A stretch of 64,000 bases of DNA, from the NCBI GenBank assembly GCA_040376855.1, contig JBEIPV010000002.1:666-64665 (forward strand), given 5' to 3'. Positions 46,613 to 56,201 of this stretch are shown one piece after another. A program made the translations under genes and the position numbers. Source of the DNA: Bacteriovorax sp. (GTDB lineage: Bacteria; Bdellovibrionota; Bacteriovoracia; Bacteriovoracales; Bacteriovoracaceae). Every line of letters begins with the position of its first letter. Within the stretch, counting starts at the first letter, position 1. The notes beneath the pieces were generated by a model. That model did not search any database. It was given only the letters and a program-made list of their open reading frames with translations, and had not been told where the DNA came from.

Positions 46613-47416
46613 TTATTTACCTTTAAAGCTAGGTGCGCGTTTTTCCACGAATGCACGAGTTCCTTCGCGCATATCTTCCGATGAGAAGATCCCAGAAAAT
46701 TGTCTCTTTTCTAGCTGTAAACCCTCAGCGATAGTTAAGTCAATACCTTCATTCATAACTTTTTTCGCCATCGAAACAGCGTGCGGAGAATTCTGAGCAA
46801 TGGCCTTCAGAGTTTTCATTGCTTCTTCCATCATGGCGTCTTTTGTCGGGAAAGTTCTAACGATAAGCCCCATTCTTAAAGCTTCGTCCGCTTTTAGATT
46901 TCTACCAGAGTAGATAAGTTCTTTTGCGTTATTTCTTCCAACAAGTTTTGCCAGACGTTGAGTTCCACCAAATCCTGGGATTAATCCCAGTTTAACTTCC
47001 GGTTGACCGAAAACAGCGTTGTCAGTTGCGTAGATAAAATCACAGCTCATCGCCATTTCACATCCACCACCAAGAGCGAATCCGTTAACAGCAGCGATCA
47101 CTGGAACCTGAAGAGTTTCAAAAAGCATTGTTACTTGTTGTCCCAGTTGCCCAAGAGTGTAAGCATCACTTGGAGTCATGTCGCTCATTTCAGCGATATC
47201 AGCACCAGCGATAAAAGCTTTTTCACCTTCACCTGTTAAGATGATCCCAAGAACGTTGTATCCACTGTCAGTCTGGATATCTACAAGCAGCTCTTTAAGC
47301 TCTCCTAGAAGTTCAGAGTTAAGGGCGTTCATTTTTGTTGGGCGATTGATAGTGATTAAACCAAATCTATCTTTAACTTCAAATTTTAGTGTGTGGTAAG
47401 TTTTATTTGTATTCAT
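46613..47416 (-). CDS. crt: Enoyl-CoA hydratase (crotonase)
   Basis: AFIAGADI, VNGFALGGGCE, GQPEVKLGLIPGFGGTQRL. Confidence 0.93.
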   Translation of the reverse strand: MNTNKTYHTLKFEVKDRFGLITINRPTKMNALNSELLGELKELLVDIQTDSGYNVLGIILTGEGEKAFIAGADIAEMSDMTPSDAYTLGQLGQQVTMLFETLQVPVIAAVNGFALGGGCEMAMSCDFIYATDNAVFGQPEVKLGLIPGFGGTQRLAKLVGRNNAKELIYSGRNLKADEALRMGLIVRTFPTKDAMMEEAMKTLKAIAQNSPHAVSMAKKVMNEGIDLTIAEGLQLEKRQFSGIFSSEDMREGTRAFVEKRAPSFKGK

Positions 47417-48257
47417 AGAATCCTCTTCCTGATTTTTTCCCCATGCGACCAGCTAGTACATATTTCTTTAATAGCGGGCACGGTCTGTATTTTGTATCCC
47501 CTAAACCATCGTGAAGAACGTTCATGATAGCAAGGCAAGTATCTAGTCCGATAAAGTCAGCTAGTTCAAGCGGACCCATTGGCTGGTTTGTTCCAAGTTT
47601 CATCGCTACGTCGATGTCTTTTGCCTCTGCCACACCTTCGTAAAGCGCGTAGACAGCTTCGTTAATCATCGGCATAAGGATTCTGTTAACCGCGAATCCC
47701 GGGACGTCATTAGCGCGAACAAACACTTTTCCCATCTTCTCAGCAACCGCAGCTACTGTATCGAAAGTTTCGTCTGTCGTTTCAAGACCTCTGATTCCTT
47801 CCACCAGCTTCATTACTGGAACCGGATTCATAAAGTGCATCCCTGCTACAAGAGTTGGTCTCTTTGTTACGGCCGCAATTTCTGTAATTGAAATTGAAGA
47901 AGTGTTTGTCGCCAGAATCGCTCCCGGTTTTGCCACTTCATCCAGCTTTCTGAAAATATCAAATTTAATTGCTTTATTTTCTGTAGCAGCTTCGATTAAT
48001 AAATCACAGTTTTTTAGAGCATTCATATCATTAACTGCTGAAATTGCTTTCATAGTTTTTTCAACAAAAGCATTATCCCACTTTGCCTTCTCTACGCCCT
48101 TTTTAAGCGTAGACTCGATAAAGTCGACTCCCTTTTTTAATCCTTCTGGAGAAACATCAAATATTTGTACTGAATAACCACTCATTGCAGCTACTTGGGC
48201 GATTCCGCGGCCCATTTGCCCTGCGCCAACGATCCCGATTGTCTGAACATTTTGCAT
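47403..48257 (-). CDS. hbd: 3-hydroxybutyryl-CoA dehydrogenase
   Basis: GAGQMGRGIA, ATNTSS, GMHFMNP, PMGPLELADFIGLD. Confidence 0.95.
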   Translation of the reverse strand: MQNVQTIGIVGAGQMGRGIAQVAAMSGYSVQIFDVSPEGLKKGVDFIESTLKKGVEKAKWDNAFVEKTMKAISAVNDMNALKNCDLLIEAATENKAIKFDIFRKLDEVAKPGAILATNTSSISITEIAAVTKRPTLVAGMHFMNPVPVMKLVEGIRGLETTDETFDTVAAVAEKMGKVFVRANDVPGFAVNRILMPMINEAVYALYEGVAEAKDIDVAMKLGTNQPMGPLELADFIGLDTCLAIMNVLHDGLGDTKYRPCPLLKKYVLAGRMGKKSGRGFYEYK

Positions 48258-48417
48258 ACATACCTCGCTTCTATATAGAAAATCGCCCTAATGATACAAA
48301 CGGGGAACCAGTTTCACAAATAAAACCTTGCCAAGTTTTTACAATTAGAATAAAAAATGATTCTCAATAAAATGCTTAGTGCAAAAAGATAAAAATATCT
48401 AACGGTAGGAGTTAATT

Positions 48418-48681
48418 GTGGCAAACCACAAATCATCAGAAAAAAGAGCAAAACAAGATATCAAAAAGAATCTTAACAACAAGATTAACGAGTCAAAAGC
48501 AAAGACTGCTGTTAAAAAAGTTAGAGATGCTATTTTAGCTGGAGATAAGAACCTAGCTGCAGATACTTTCAAAGCTGCTCAAGCTGAATTAGGTAAACTT
48601 GCTAAGAATGGTGTTATTAAAGCTAACGCTGCTGCAAGAAGAACTGCTCGTTTAGCATCTGCTTTAAACGGCCTTAAATAG
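48418..48681 (+). CDS. rpsT: 30S ribosomal protein S20
   Basis: MANHKSSEKRAKQ...GVIKANAAARRTARL; GTG start after AGGAG. Confidence 0.96.
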   Translation: MANHKSSEKRAKQDIKKNLNNKINESKAKTAVKKVRDAILAGDKNLAADTFKAAQAELGKLAKNGVIKANAAARRTARLASALNGLK

Positions 48682-48702
48682 TTTTTTAAGAAATTATTCT
48701 AT

Positions 48703-48736
48703 AAAAAAAGGCTTCCTGTTTCAGGAAGCCTTTTTT
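48703..48736. terminator. Bidirectional terminator shared by rpsT and the GNAT gene
   Basis: A7-GGCTTCCTG-TTT-CAGGAAGCC-T6; overlaps the GNAT stop codon. Confidence 0.88.
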
Positions 48737-49215
48737 ATTTTCTTTTCCATCAACACGACAGTGTCATTTTCGTCAGTCTTCTTATTCACCTTTTTAAACC
48801 CAGCTTTTTCATACGCCTTTTGAGCGCGAAGATTTAAGACATCCGGGTCAGTGATGATTCTGGTGATTTTTTTGTTATCCAAAAGTAGCTCATCCGTGAA
48901 TTCCTTCACAAACATGCTCCCCAATCCTTTATCGACAAACTCTTCCAGGCCAATAAATTGTTTGATCCCGAAAGTTTTTTCATCGACGACATAAGACTGG
49001 ATGTAACCAATAGGTTTTCCCTGAAGCATAACCATGTAAGGGTCCCACTTCTTGGAAGCAAGTTTGGTTTCAAAAGTCTTTTTGAAATTTGAAAAATTCC
49101 CCATCGCTTTTTCATGCCAGAACTCACGCACGTGAGGGCTTGCTAGCCAGGAATGCACGAGAGGCAGATCTTCATGGGACACTTTTTTGAACTCGAAGTT
49201 TTTGTAGTTTTTCAT
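48721..49215 (-). CDS. GNAT acetyltransferase (AAC(6')-Ib/siderophore acyltransferase-like)
   Basis: WLASPHVREFW, IGYIQSY, GLGS, TDPDVLNLRAQKAYEKAGF. Confidence 0.88.
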   Translation of the reverse strand: MKNYKNFEFKKVSHEDLPLVHSWLASPHVREFWHEKAMGNFSNFKKTFETKLASKKWDPYMVMLQGKPIGYIQSYVVDEKTFGIKQFIGLEEFVDKGLGSMFVKEFTDELLLDNKKITRIITDPDVLNLRAQKAYEKAGFKKVNKKTDENDTVVLMEKKIKKAS

Positions 49216-49263
49216 GATAGTAAGATGGTATCACAAAGGCGGACGTCAAGGTTGGAAGTGGAA

Positions 49264-50196
49264 CTAAATTGTCTCTAACCTTAGTTTATTGATCAGGAGT
49301 TCATCACTCGACTTTGCCTGGATTTCAAGCTCAGAGAAAAATTTCAAGTACTTCATAACGTCGTCTCGCGACCATTTCTCACTTACAACTAAAATACTTT
49401 GGTCGTATTTAGAGAGCTTCGGCTTTTGGCGTAACTCCTCGGGGAAAAGCACTTTAGTAAGGTGTCCTTGCATAAAAGCAAAAAGGGCCCGGAACCATTC
49501 GTAGTCGAGATCAGTTTTTTTTAAAATTTCAGTGAAAAATCTTTTTGGGTTTTCGTTGAAAATATCTATCAATTCAAAAAAATCCCAACGCTCTTTTTTA
49601 ACCAGAGATTTTAATTCTTCAGTGTTAATTTTTCCGTCAGGAAAATTTAATTTAATGGTATCAATCACCCAGAAGAATGATTCGAATGTATGCTCGAGAT
49701 GATCAAGCACAAATCTTGAAACATCTGGTGGAAGATTTATTTCACGCGCCTTCTGGCAAAATTGCCACAACTTCACACCTTCCCAAAACTTTGGCTCTTC
49801 AATCACAAAACCCTGAACTGCAGGATCTTTTGTAAACTCAGTAAAGGCCTTATTCGTCTTAGTAAAGAAGATCAGCATAAAGCGCTCTGAGCAGTCGATA
49901 TTAGACTCGGTAATGAACTTTAAGACATCGGCCTTAATGTTTTCACCATTAATCACTTGAATGTTATCTGTGCTGGAAAAAAATGACAGGTTAACAAAAT
50001 GCTCTTCAATAAAATCGCGAGTGATGTCGACACCTGAATAAAGAGAAAAAGGAATATCATCCTTAGGAATTCTCTCAAGGATCACTCTTTCCATGTAAGG
50101 GTCTTCAACTAAGAAAGCGTAGATCCCTGGTTTTTTCTTATCAATGATTGTCGGGTGTTTAGGGAGGTAATCCCATGGAAGCATTTTAGAAAGCAT
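49264..50196 (-). CDS. holA: DNA polymerase III delta subunit, divergent
   Basis: lptE-holA-rpsT synteny; weak motifs (EDPY, LSFF, WDFFELID, LEIQAKS). Confidence 0.65.
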   Translation of the reverse strand: MLSKMLPWDYLPKHPTIIDKKKPGIYAFLVEDPYMERVILERIPKDDIPFSLYSGVDITRDFIEEHFVNLSFFSSTDNIQVINGENIKADVLKFITESNIDCSERFMLIFFTKTNKAFTEFTKDPAVQGFVIEEPKFWEGVKLWQFCQKAREINLPPDVSRFVLDHLEHTFESFFWVIDTIKLNFPDGKINTEELKSLVKKERWDFFELIDIFNENPKRFFTEILKKTDLDYEWFRALFAFMQGHLTKVLFPEELRQKPKLSKYDQSILVVSEKWSRDDVMKYLKFFSELEIQAKSSDELLINKLRLETI

Positions 50197-50854
50197 TGAG
50201 AACAACCTGCTTAAATGTTTTAGCAGCATTCATCGATGTTTCTTGTAAGCTTTTTTCAAAGATCCCTTTGTTTTTTACAAAGTTGGTTTTCCCCGCAGCG
50301 TTTGGAGTTGTTGACTCTCCTACAACTCGAGAAAAATTTCCTGAAATATTAATCGTATCCATTAACACCACTTTTGGATTCACTTTCATGAATTGCCCAA
50401 GATCAGTCGTTAATAAATCCAATTCTTCTTTTGAAGGTCTTTTAATAAGAATGATTTTTAACGAAAACTCATAAGACGTTTGCACTGGATAGTAGAACGG
50501 ACTTCTGCTTCCAATTGATGACTTAATGTTGTCATCAGAAAAGAGTGTTTGAGTCGTCTGAACAACTTCGTTGTAGTGATCTTTTGATTCAATCACACCA
50601 ATCAATACAGCATCGGCCTGATCGTTATCGCCGCTAAAGACTCTGAGTCCAGAGTAATCATTTAGAGCAAAGACAATTTCTTTAGTCATTGGCGCAGCGA
50701 GTTCAGGGATGACAGAGCGATTAACAAACATTGGCACTGCAACAGAGCGGATATCATAACCGATTAAGGGGTTATTATTAGTATTGAAGTGGTAGCCTGC
50801 GCACGAGGCTAACGTCAGCATACAGAGTAAAATAGAAAAAAATCGCACTTTCAT
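50186..50854 (-). CDS. lptE: LptE-family lipoprotein
   Basis: Lipobox LASC-AGYHF, SVAVPMFVNRS, ADAVL.G.I; upstream of holA. Confidence 0.78.
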   Translation of the reverse strand: MKVRFFSILLCMLTLASCAGYHFNTNNNPLIGYDIRSVAVPMFVNRSVIPELAAPMTKEIVFALNDYSGLRVFSGDNDQADAVLIGVIESKDHYNEVVQTTQTLFSDDNIKSSIGSRSPFYYPVQTSYEFSLKIILIKRPSKEELDLLTTDLGQFMKVNPKVVLMDTINISGNFSRVVGESTTPNAAGKTNFVKNKGIFEKSLQETSMNAAKTFKQVVLNAF

Positions 50855-50897
50855 AGGGGTAATGCTACCTTAAAAGCTATAAGGCTTGAACCATTTT

Positions 50898-51428
50898 ATG
50901 TTAAAAAAACTCTCTCAATTCATCCAATTTGACGGCCCTTCTCAGAATAACAAAAGAGAATCGACGCCGAAGTCTCAACAGTTGTCTGAGAGCTTTGATT
51001 TCATCAGTTTAATCAAGGCCTGGAAGGAAATTGCTGGAGATAAATTATCAGAGCACACGATTCCACTTAAAAATCAAAATGGAACTCTCGTCGTTCTCAG
51101 TAACCATTCTGCTTTTGCTAATGAGCTCAGTTTCATGGAGCTTCCATTAAAGAAAAAGATTTTTGCCAAATTTCCCAATCTGGAAAAATCCATTCACAAT
51201 ATTAAGTTCATTGTCGATAGCACTCACTTTGCAAAACAATACACCCAGTTTGCTCAGCCGACTGAGAAGCTAAAAAAGCAAAATGAAAATGTCCTACACA
51301 AGTTTTCACCGGAATTTATCAGGCTAAAAAAAGAAGCAGAAGAAATGTTTCGCGATATTGAAGATCTTGATAATAAGGAAAAACTGATCTCTCTTTATAT
51401 CCAATCAGGCAGTCACAAGCCCCGTTAA
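50898..51428 (+). CDS. dciA: DciA / DUF721 family helicase-loading protein
   Basis: WKEIAGDKLSEHTIP...NGTLVV..HSAFANELSF. Confidence 0.82.
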   Translation: MLKKLSQFIQFDGPSQNNKRESTPKSQQLSESFDFISLIKAWKEIAGDKLSEHTIPLKNQNGTLVVLSNHSAFANELSFMELPLKKKIFAKFPNLEKSIHNIKFIVDSTHFAKQYTQFAQPTEKLKKQNENVLHKFSPEFIRLKKEAEEMFRDIEDLDNKEKLISLYIQSGSHKPR

Positions 51429-52010
51429 ACTTAAGTGCTTTCTAATCTCTTCTACTTTTGATCCTTCGCGGATAATTTCAAAACCATTGGCACGAAAGAA
51501 AACAATCGTTGATGATCTTCCAGAAAGATTGTGTGAGCTATCACCAAAAAATTCAGCATCAGGAGCATAGGCCAGTTGAAACTGTTTAGCGTCCTGGTAA
51601 TTAACAATAGGTGGCTCACCTGTGAGATTTAAACTCGTTGTAATGAAAGGTGCTTTAAGTGTTTCACCGATAATCTTTAATTCAGGATGCTCCAGGCACC
51701 TGACAGAAACCAATTCACTTTTTCCCGTTATCCATGAAGGAATTGAGATTTTGGCAATCTTTAGAGGAATAGCAAGTGTCGACTCTAGTTTAAAATAGTT
51801 TCTTAACCATGAAAGGCTCATCACATCTGGAAAATTAAAACTGTTATAGAGAACAGTGACATCAGTGAACATGATGGATAAAGGTTTATCATCAGAAGTT
51901 CTTTTAATGGATGCAATAGTTTTTTGAGCACTCTGTGAATAGATGCTGGCCCCAATCCCCCACACTGTGTCTGTAGGATAGATAAATACACTTTCATTAT
52001 TTAATTTCAT
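51405..52010 (-). CDS. tsaC: L-threonylcarbamoyladenylate synthase (TsaC/YrdC)
   Basis: YPTDTVWG, IKR...KPL, SVR, TTSLNLTGEPP, SSTIV, IIREG. Confidence 0.9.
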   Translation of the reverse strand: MKLNNESVFIYPTDTVWGIGASIYSQSAQKTIASIKRTSDDKPLSIMFTDVTVLYNSFNFPDVMSLSWLRNYFKLESTLAIPLKIAKISIPSWITGKSELVSVRCLEHPELKIIGETLKAPFITTSLNLTGEPPIVNYQDAKQFQLAYAPDAEFFGDSSHNLSGRSSTIVFFRANGFEIIREGSKVEEIRKHLSLTGLVTA

Positions 52011-52013
52011 AAA

Positions 52014-53243
52014 TTACATCGGTAATGGTTTATTTAAAATTTCTTTAAAGTAGAAAAAAACGGCGACAATAATGAGCACCAGAATAATAAGGATAAAGAA
52101 AATATAATTATCGTTTCTTTTTTGAGGTTCAGCGTGAGCATCCTTTGGATGATTCTCTCTGGTCGGGTCTCTTAAAGCAGCCCCTTTGCTGACACTCGAT
52201 TTAGTTTTTCTTTCATGCAGCAACTTTTTGTCTTCAGTTTGAGCAGTCGCACGATTCCTAACAGTCGTATCAACTGTCATCGCTCCCTGACCGGATGCTT
52301 TGACATTATTGCGGTCAAGCTTTAACGGTGTATCAGCATTGGCAGCAGCAATGTTCGCTTTATTGGCCTGTTCAAAAGCTTTGGCCACTTCTTCTTCAAC
52401 CGGAGTGTGAGTTTTAATAATCGAAGTCACTTCGAACGAAAGATTGTCTCCATCGTCTTCTTCTTCAATCGGTAAAACAACTGCGGCCTGCTGAGTGTCC
52501 AGCGCCACTGTACGTGTATATTGGTGAGACAGATCAACCTTACCTTTATCAATTTTAGGTGAGGTTTTCATGTCATCCATATCAGGGAAAGCTAAGTCAT
52601 CTTCGTTGGGAAGGATCATCTCTTCTGCTGGTGCCGGCGCTGCTTGTACATGAGCAGGTTTTGGTATCGGCATCGGGATTTTCGCCGATGTTAATGAAGC
52701 CTGCAATGCCAAGTCTCCACCATCAAATGAAGCGTTAACTGAAGAAGTAATTAAACCAACATCAGGAAACTCTAAATCATCCTGGTTCGGCAATTTAGTA
52801 GGCTCAACTGCAACTGCTGCAACAGGTGCTTTTTTTACAGGCTCCTCTAAATCCGGCAGCTCTAAATCAGAAGGTTTTGGAATGGAAGCATTTAAGCTTT
52901 CAAAATCCAGTTTAATGATTTGAGTGATATTGTTAGCTGCATGATCAGCAGGAGTCGAATTGTTAACCGGGGCGGTATTAATGGATGTGGTCTTATCAGG
53001 ATTTTCCTTTTTAGACAGCACACTTCTTGATTCTGAAATCGGGTTATAACCTTGGGGCAGATCACCGTGAAGGTATTTTTCTACCAAGTCTTTTTCTTTA
53101 AGTGAAAACCAGTAACCATTACCACTACTCACCTCGTCCATCATTCCAAGCGCGCCTTTTTGGACAAACTCCAATAGCTTTTGCTTGGCGACTGGTCCCA
53201 AGATTTGATTTTGTGATGTTCTGATTAACCAGTTTCTATCCAT
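52014..53243 (-). CDS. GYF-like domain + low-complexity repeat linker + C-terminal TM protein
   Basis: WLIRTSQNQILGPV...DEVSSGNGYW; three PxxxDLxFPD-type repeats; C-terminal hydrophobic anchor. Confidence 0.8.
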   Translation of the reverse strand: MDRNWLIRTSQNQILGPVAKQKLLEFVQKGALGMMDEVSSGNGYWFSLKEKDLVEKYLHGDLPQGYNPISESRSVLSKKENPDKTTSINTAPVNNSTPADHAANNITQIIKLDFESLNASIPKPSDLELPDLEEPVKKAPVAAVAVEPTKLPNQDDLEFPDVGLITSSVNASFDGGDLALQASLTSAKIPMPIPKPAHVQAAPAPAEEMILPNEDDLAFPDMDDMKTSPKIDKGKVDLSHQYTRTVALDTQQAAVVLPIEEEDDGDNLSFEVTSIIKTHTPVEEEVAKAFEQANKANIAAANADTPLKLDRNNVKASGQGAMTVDTTVRNRATAQTEDKKLLHERKTKSSVSKGAALRDPTRENHPKDAHAEPQKRNDNYIFFILIILVLIIVAVFFYFKEILNKPLPM

Positions 53244-54613
53244 TAAAAGAAGAACCCCATTAGACCTTTTAAGTCTTCGTCGTTAAATCTTAAACCGGCC
53301 TGAATTGTGGCACTACGGTCTTTGGTTCCAATTTTATTAGCTGAAGCACGTCCATAAAGTATATTCCAGATTTGTAGATCCGTAATAAATCTTATGTTGG
53401 GCCCTTTATCTTTGTCGTAATCAAATCCTTCAAGTGAGAATCTTGTTCCAAGATCCTGCCAGTAGTAGTCAACTGCAAGACCACCCGTCGATTCGATTAA
53501 ACCTCCGCGGAATCCCCAGTCCTGAACTCTTCTTCCGATTTGAACGTTGAATCTGAAAGTGTCTTTTTCACGTTCTTTTTTCGTTTCGTATGAAGTTGTT
53601 CCATTAACAGTTCGCTCAGTGATTGTTTCTGTATCAGGTCCGATATCAGACGTTGCAATCCCTAAGTGGTAGTAGCGCTCAGGTGAAGGGAAAATTCTCA
53701 AGGCCACTTCACTTTCTGCTCCACCTAAAGTGTTAGCACCGGTGAAAACTGATAGTTCAGTTCTGATAGCATCAGCTTTACCCACAAGTTTTTGTACGCT
53801 TGAAAGTGTGTCTTTAACCTGGTCAGCGATTTCGTCTTCAACTAAAAGTTTTCCGACTGTCCCCTTTCCTTGTTTTACGTCAGCAACAATAACCTGAAGA
53901 TCTGCCGTAATTTTTTTCGTGTTAGCTAAGACTTCTTTAATCTCGGCCATGGCACTGTCAGGGTTTCCTTTATCGGCCTGGTAAGCAAGCTCGTATGAAA
54001 ACGATTCTAAGTTTTCAACGAGAGCATTAAGCTTTTCTTCGTTCCCGTTCATAACACGCTTAAGTGTAAGAGTGGCTTCTTTTGTGTTTTCTACTAACTC
54101 CGAAACGTCTGCGATGATTTTTTTAAGTGGAGAAGGTTGTCCTTCCGGTGCCACTGTCTCTTTCATCGTTTTCACAATAACTTTTACGTCTGCTAAAACT
54201 TCCGCTGCATCTTTGATCAGCGTCTCCATTCCGGCCGCTTCTTCTGAGTCAATGAAATCCATTTTTGCCAGTAACTCAGGAGAGTCACCCACATAAATTT
54301 CAAGATACTTGTCACCTAGGAAACCAACTGACTTAATTCTTAGTTTAGAATTTTTTGTTACTGTAATTTGTTTAAGGATTTCGAAAGTAATAAGAGCAGT
54401 GTTACCTTGAAGTTCAATTGATGAGATTCTACCAGCAGCAATCCCCGCAACTTTAATGGGAGTCTTTGGAAAGATCCCGGAAGCATCCTTAACAATTGTT
54501 CTATACGTAACGTACTGGCCAAACCCAGATTGGTTAGATGTAATTTTGAACGACATGAAAACAATCGCTGCAATGGTGGCTATCGCCAATAAACCTACTT
54601 TAAATTCATTCAT
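53243..54613 (-). CDS. mlaD: Long MlaD/MCE-domain protein
   Basis: EFKVGL TM, ASGI..KTPIKVAGI..GRI, GFLGDKYLEI; helical repeats; beta-rich C-terminus. Confidence 0.9.
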   Translation of the reverse strand: MNEFKVGLLAIATIAAIVFMSFKITSNQSGFGQYVTYRTIVKDASGIFPKTPIKVAGIAAGRISSIELQGNTALITFEILKQITVTKNSKLRIKSVGFLGDKYLEIYVGDSPELLAKMDFIDSEEAAGMETLIKDAAEVLADVKVIVKTMKETVAPEGQPSPLKKIIADVSELVENTKEATLTLKRVMNGNEEKLNALVENLESFSYELAYQADKGNPDSAMAEIKEVLANTKKITADLQVIVADVKQGKGTVGKLLVEDEIADQVKDTLSSVQKLVGKADAIRTELSVFTGANTLGGAESEVALRIFPSPERYYHLGIATSDIGPDTETITERTVNGTTSYETKKEREKDTFRFNVQIGRRVQDWGFRGGLIESTGGLAVDYYWQDLGTRFSLEGFDYDKDKGPNIRFITDLQIWNILYGRASANKIGTKDRSATIQAGLRFNDEDLKGLMGFFF

Positions 54614-54632
54614 CTAATTAAACACCTTTAGT

Positions 54633-55385
54633 CTATAGTCTCAAAAATTCCTGAACAATGTCTTTGTCCGATTTTTTGAACTCTTCAACTGGTAAATACT
54701 CAATAATCTTACCACGGTCTAAAAACGCGACATAGTCGGAAATTTCGAGCGTGGCCTTTATGTCATGGGAAATAATAACCGAAGTCATCTCTCGGTCTTG
54801 GTGATTGGTTGATGTCTCCACAATTAAATTGTTAACCATTTTAGTTGTGATGGGATCGAGTCCCGTGGTTGGTTCATCATAAAGCATAATCTTCGGACTC
54901 AGTGCCAGAGCACGAGCAAGACCTACTCTCTTTCTCATACCACCAGAAAGTTCTGAAGGTAGTCGATCAAAAGACTCTTCTTTAATTCCAACCGAGACTA
55001 AGAGGTCTTTAACTTTGTCACTCACTTCTTTGGGAGTCATCTTAGTAAATTCTTTTAAAGGAAAACCAACATTCTCAGCAGCAGTAAATGAATCGAAAAG
55101 GGCCGCATATTGAAAAAGCATTCCATAATTTCTACGGAATTCTCTGAGTTCCATTTTATCCAGAGTGGCAAGGTCCACTCCTAAAACTTCAACCGTTCCT
55201 GAAGTCGGATTCATAATTCCTAGAATGTGTTTTAAAAGAGTCGACTTCCCCGCTCCTGAAAATCCCAGGATGGTCGTGATCTTATTTTTTTCAATATCAA
55301 AACTCAGACCGTCTAAAACTTTCTGTTCACCAAAAATCTTGGTGACGTTTTTTATTGAAATCGCTGGATCCTCAAAAGTTAACAC
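54633..55385 (-). CDS. mlaF: MlaF/Mkl ABC ATPase
   Basis: GFSGAGKST, FQYAALFDS, LSGGMRKRVGLARA, YDEPTTGLDP. Confidence 0.93.
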   Translation of the reverse strand: MLTFEDPAISIKNVTKIFGEQKVLDGLSFDIEKNKITTILGFSGAGKSTLLKHILGIMNPTSGTVEVLGVDLATLDKMELREFRRNYGMLFQYAALFDSFTAAENVGFPLKEFTKMTPKEVSDKVKDLLVSVGIKEESFDRLPSELSGGMRKRVGLARALALSPKIMLYDEPTTGLDPITTKMVNNLIVETSTNHQDREMTSVIISHDIKATLEISDYVAFLDRGKIIEYLPVEEFKKSDKDIVQEFLRL

Positions 55386-55393
55386 TCAATCTC

Positions 55394-56197
55394 CTACAAG
55401 ATCTTAACTAAGAACGTTGTCAGGAAGTAGTCCAGTACTAACACCGAAACCATTCCCCATACCACGGCCTGGTTTGTCCCACGGCCAACACCAACAGCAC
55501 CTTTTTCAACTTGAAAGCCAAAATAGGTTCCGATAACGGCAATAACAAAACCAAAAACTGTCGCTTTAATAACTCCTTCAGTAACATCTGAAAGCGCCAT
55601 GAACTCACTTAATTTTGAAAAGAACATTGCTTCATCAATCATCAGCGTCGTTGTCCCGATAAAATAGGCACCAACGTTTCCGATGAAAAGAAAACAAATC
55701 GAGAGCATCGGAACTGCAATCGTTGCAGCGATGATTCTGGGAACGGCCAGATACTGAATACTGTTAATCCCCATAACTTCCAGGGCATCAATTTGTTCAG
55801 TAACTTTCATTGAACCGATTTGTGCGGCCATAGCAGAGCCTGCTCTTCCAGCAACAATCAGTCCTGTTAGAACGGGGGCTAATTCTTTTGATAATGAAAT
55901 GGCAACGATGGCACCGACAAGAGAGTCGACGTTAATCATTTTGAAACCCAGATAAGTCTGAGTACAAAAAACCATCCCAGTAAACAGACCGGCCAGAAGT
56001 ATGATGGTCATACTTTTGTTTCCGATTGCATAAAGTTGTTCTGTTAAGATACGCCATCTGAAAGGAGGTCTTACCATCCAGTAGAATGCACGTCCGGCAA
56101 AAAGAGAAATCAGACCAAGACCGTCGACCATATCTAATATAGTCCGCCCTAACTCTTCAATGCGGTTTTCTAAATATTTTTTAAATTTTGTGATCAC
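55394..56197 (-). CDS. mlaE: MlaE ABC permease
   Basis: ELAPVLTGLIVAGRAGSAMAAQIGSMKVTEQIDALEVMG. Confidence 0.95.
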   Translation of the reverse strand: MITKFKKYLENRIEELGRTILDMVDGLGLISLFAGRAFYWMVRPPFRWRILTEQLYAIGNKSMTIILLAGLFTGMVFCTQTYLGFKMINVDSLVGAIVAISLSKELAPVLTGLIVAGRAGSAMAAQIGSMKVTEQIDALEVMGINSIQYLAVPRIIAATIAVPMLSICFLFIGNVGAYFIGTTTLMIDEAMFFSKLSEFMALSDVTEGVIKATVFGFVIAVIGTYFGFQVEKGAVGVGRGTNQAVVWGMVSVLVLDYFLTTFLVKIL

Positions 56198-56201
56198 GAC
56201 T

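Noticed and set aside
50186-50900. leuS absent upstream of lptE-holA
   Set aside because: Simple rearrangement; no scar or mobile element visible.
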